A stretch of 64,000 bases of DNA from Eledone cirrhosa. Its lineage: Eukaryota. The translations under genes were made by a program, and so were the position numbers. The notes beneath the pieces are model-generated. The model searched no databases and was not told the DNA's origin. It worked only from the letters and a program-made list of their open reading frames with translations. The stretch spans positions 17,422,001 through 17,486,000 of the forward strand of contig OZ024759.1 in the NCBI GenBank assembly GCA_964016885.1. The letters are read 5' to 3'. This document shows positions 62,102-64,000 of the stretch, in pieces (within the stretch, counting starts at the first letter, position 1; each line of letters opens with the position of its first letter).

Positions 62102-64000
62102 TTCCCTGGTAGTCAGTGATGAGGCATGTGGCTTAGGGGTAAGCTTGTTCAACTTAGGCTCATGATGTCGGGGTTCAATTCCTGGACTGGGTTGTGTAAT
62201 GTGATCTTGGGCGAAATATTTCATTTCACGTTGCTCTTGTATATTCAACTGAAAATAAGTACTAGCAGTACCTGGGGGTCTAACCTTGCAGTGGACTGGT
62301 GTCCAGGTGTTACTCTTGTACTCACAGTTGCTTCATGTCATGGAAACTGGGATAAAAACCAGTCTGATGAGTCTCTGGGCTAGAGACAGACTTTAGAACT
62401 GACTTCCCAGACACATCAGGGGTTCACATCTTGCTTACATATGATTCCATGTTCTACTGAGTGCATTTTATCATAGCACCATCACTAGAGAGGTTTTCAT
62501 GTTTTTGACACAACTGAAGGGTCCTCCCAACCCTGTGTTTGATAAGCTTTCAATGGCTGGATGTCCTTTCTATCACTAACTATCTCTATATTTATATAAT
62601 GTACGAGATAAGAGTTTCACTATAAAATGTTTTTATTGCATCTTAATTGTTACATATGTTTCACAGATGATTGGCTCAAGGTCTTCATTGATGTGATAGT
62701 CCTGACTCCAGTATCGATCTACTCCTCAAACATGTGGATTCAATTCAAAACATGCTGAATAATCTTTTCTGTATATAGGCGTGTTGTGTGTGTATATATA
62801 TGTGTGTGTATTACATAACAATATTACACAATATAGATTGGCTATTGTTTGGTTTCCTACTTAAGCAGGTCAATTTATATAAGATAATATATTTCTCACC
62901 TGTTCAGTATTTTATCAAATTATTTATGTTTATATATGGCAAATTTTGTAGAAATATGAGGGAAAATGAGATTTTCTGTAAGATTTAGCTATAATGTCTA
63001 AAAGAGTTAGTGTCAAGAGCATCCGGCTGTAAAATGTTACCTCAAAATGTCGAGTCCAACCCATGCCAACTAGAAAACTCAATGTAAAACCAATGCTGAT
63101 ACATAATGCTGTTGTATAATAATTATAAAAAAGCTCTGTCCACACTGAGAGCGCCCAATCCATACTATAAAGTGGTCATTTTGGTGCCATGACTGTATGG
63201 AAGTTTTAAATAGCTATAAACAGCTTGGTAGTGTAGAACGAGGGAGAGTTTAAGGCAAAGGTGGGGAGTGATTGTGCTTCCAAGAAGGAAGCAAATATTT
63301 TCTGAAATGATGGCAAGATGTAAAGATTTTACTTATAGAATTGAGGTATTCTCTGGAATATTTTAATCCTTGAAGAATTGGTCGTTTCTCTCTTGGGAAT
63401 ATTATGATGGAAGGTTTAGATAGCTATAGACAGTTTGGTACCATATAATTGTTTCTACTTTTGGCACAAGGCCAGCAATTACCCAGCGCATTACTGGTAC
63501 TTTATTTTGGTACCATATAATGAGGGACAGTTTAAGCAGTTATGTATCAAAATGGTTAAGAAAAATATTGGCATATTTAGTTTTGGCATTTTTCATTTTA
63601 TAAAAAAATGTTATTTCATTTTTTAATTTAAAAGAGAAAATTATTTCGTGCTCAGTCTAATTTAATTTTTAAGCTCTTTTAATGTAATTTAGTTTGACTT
63701 AATTTTAATTTAATTATTAATGTGAAAAACAACTGCAAGGGTGAAATATAATTTTATAAAATCATTTTTATGCAATAATTTTATCCAAAATACAATAAAT
63801 AACAAATTAATAATTTAAATTATTTATTTTTTACTAGTTTGTTGTAATTTAAAATTTGCTTTGGTATTTAAATTTAATGTCCAATGTCACTGTAAATTTA
63901 GGGAATAGAATGTTAAGACTGCCATAATAAAAGGTTGCTGATTCCTTATTCCATCTGCTTGTGCTGTATTACATGCAAGGCCCAGACAATCACTGTATAT

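Noticed and set aside
62358-62395. CTGATGA-GTCTC...GAGAC as a hammerhead
   Set aside because: Followed by AGAC rather than GAAA, no stem III, and it lies in the tail of a SINE (about 62120-62395).
62668-62760. Possible next INPP5F exon after TTCACAG
   Set aside because: Translation shows no similarity to the expected SAC segment (HF...Y....INLVDQ) and no clear donor.

Overview
AT-rich, repeat-dense eukaryotic genomic DNA. The SINE repertoire and microsatellites look like those of an octopod cephalopod (inference). The only host coding sequence I can support is five small + strand exons (14146-14190, 17133-17312, 28182-28374, 46835-46902, 48252-48363; 598 nt, phases consistent, all GT-AG). 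They encode part of the SAC phosphoinositide-phosphatase domain of an INPP5F/SAC2-like gene. The rest is intronic or flanking: tRNA-derived SINEs of several families, 3' fragments of RTE-clade LINEs, TTAA-flanked piggyBac-like MITEs, micro/minisatellites (three apparently born from SINE sequence) and several fold-back palindromes. Nearly all long ORFs in the track are simple-repeat artefacts. The most notable unannotated signal is a set of minimal type I hammerhead-ribozyme motifs (stem I-CTGATGA-stem II-GAAA-short or palindromic stem III-TH-stem I) from about five different sequence families. They sit in or beside (TA)n tracts, often as inverted pairs, which matches Penelope-like pseudo-LTR/retrozyme remnants. 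The best-preserved copies are antisense to the host gene.
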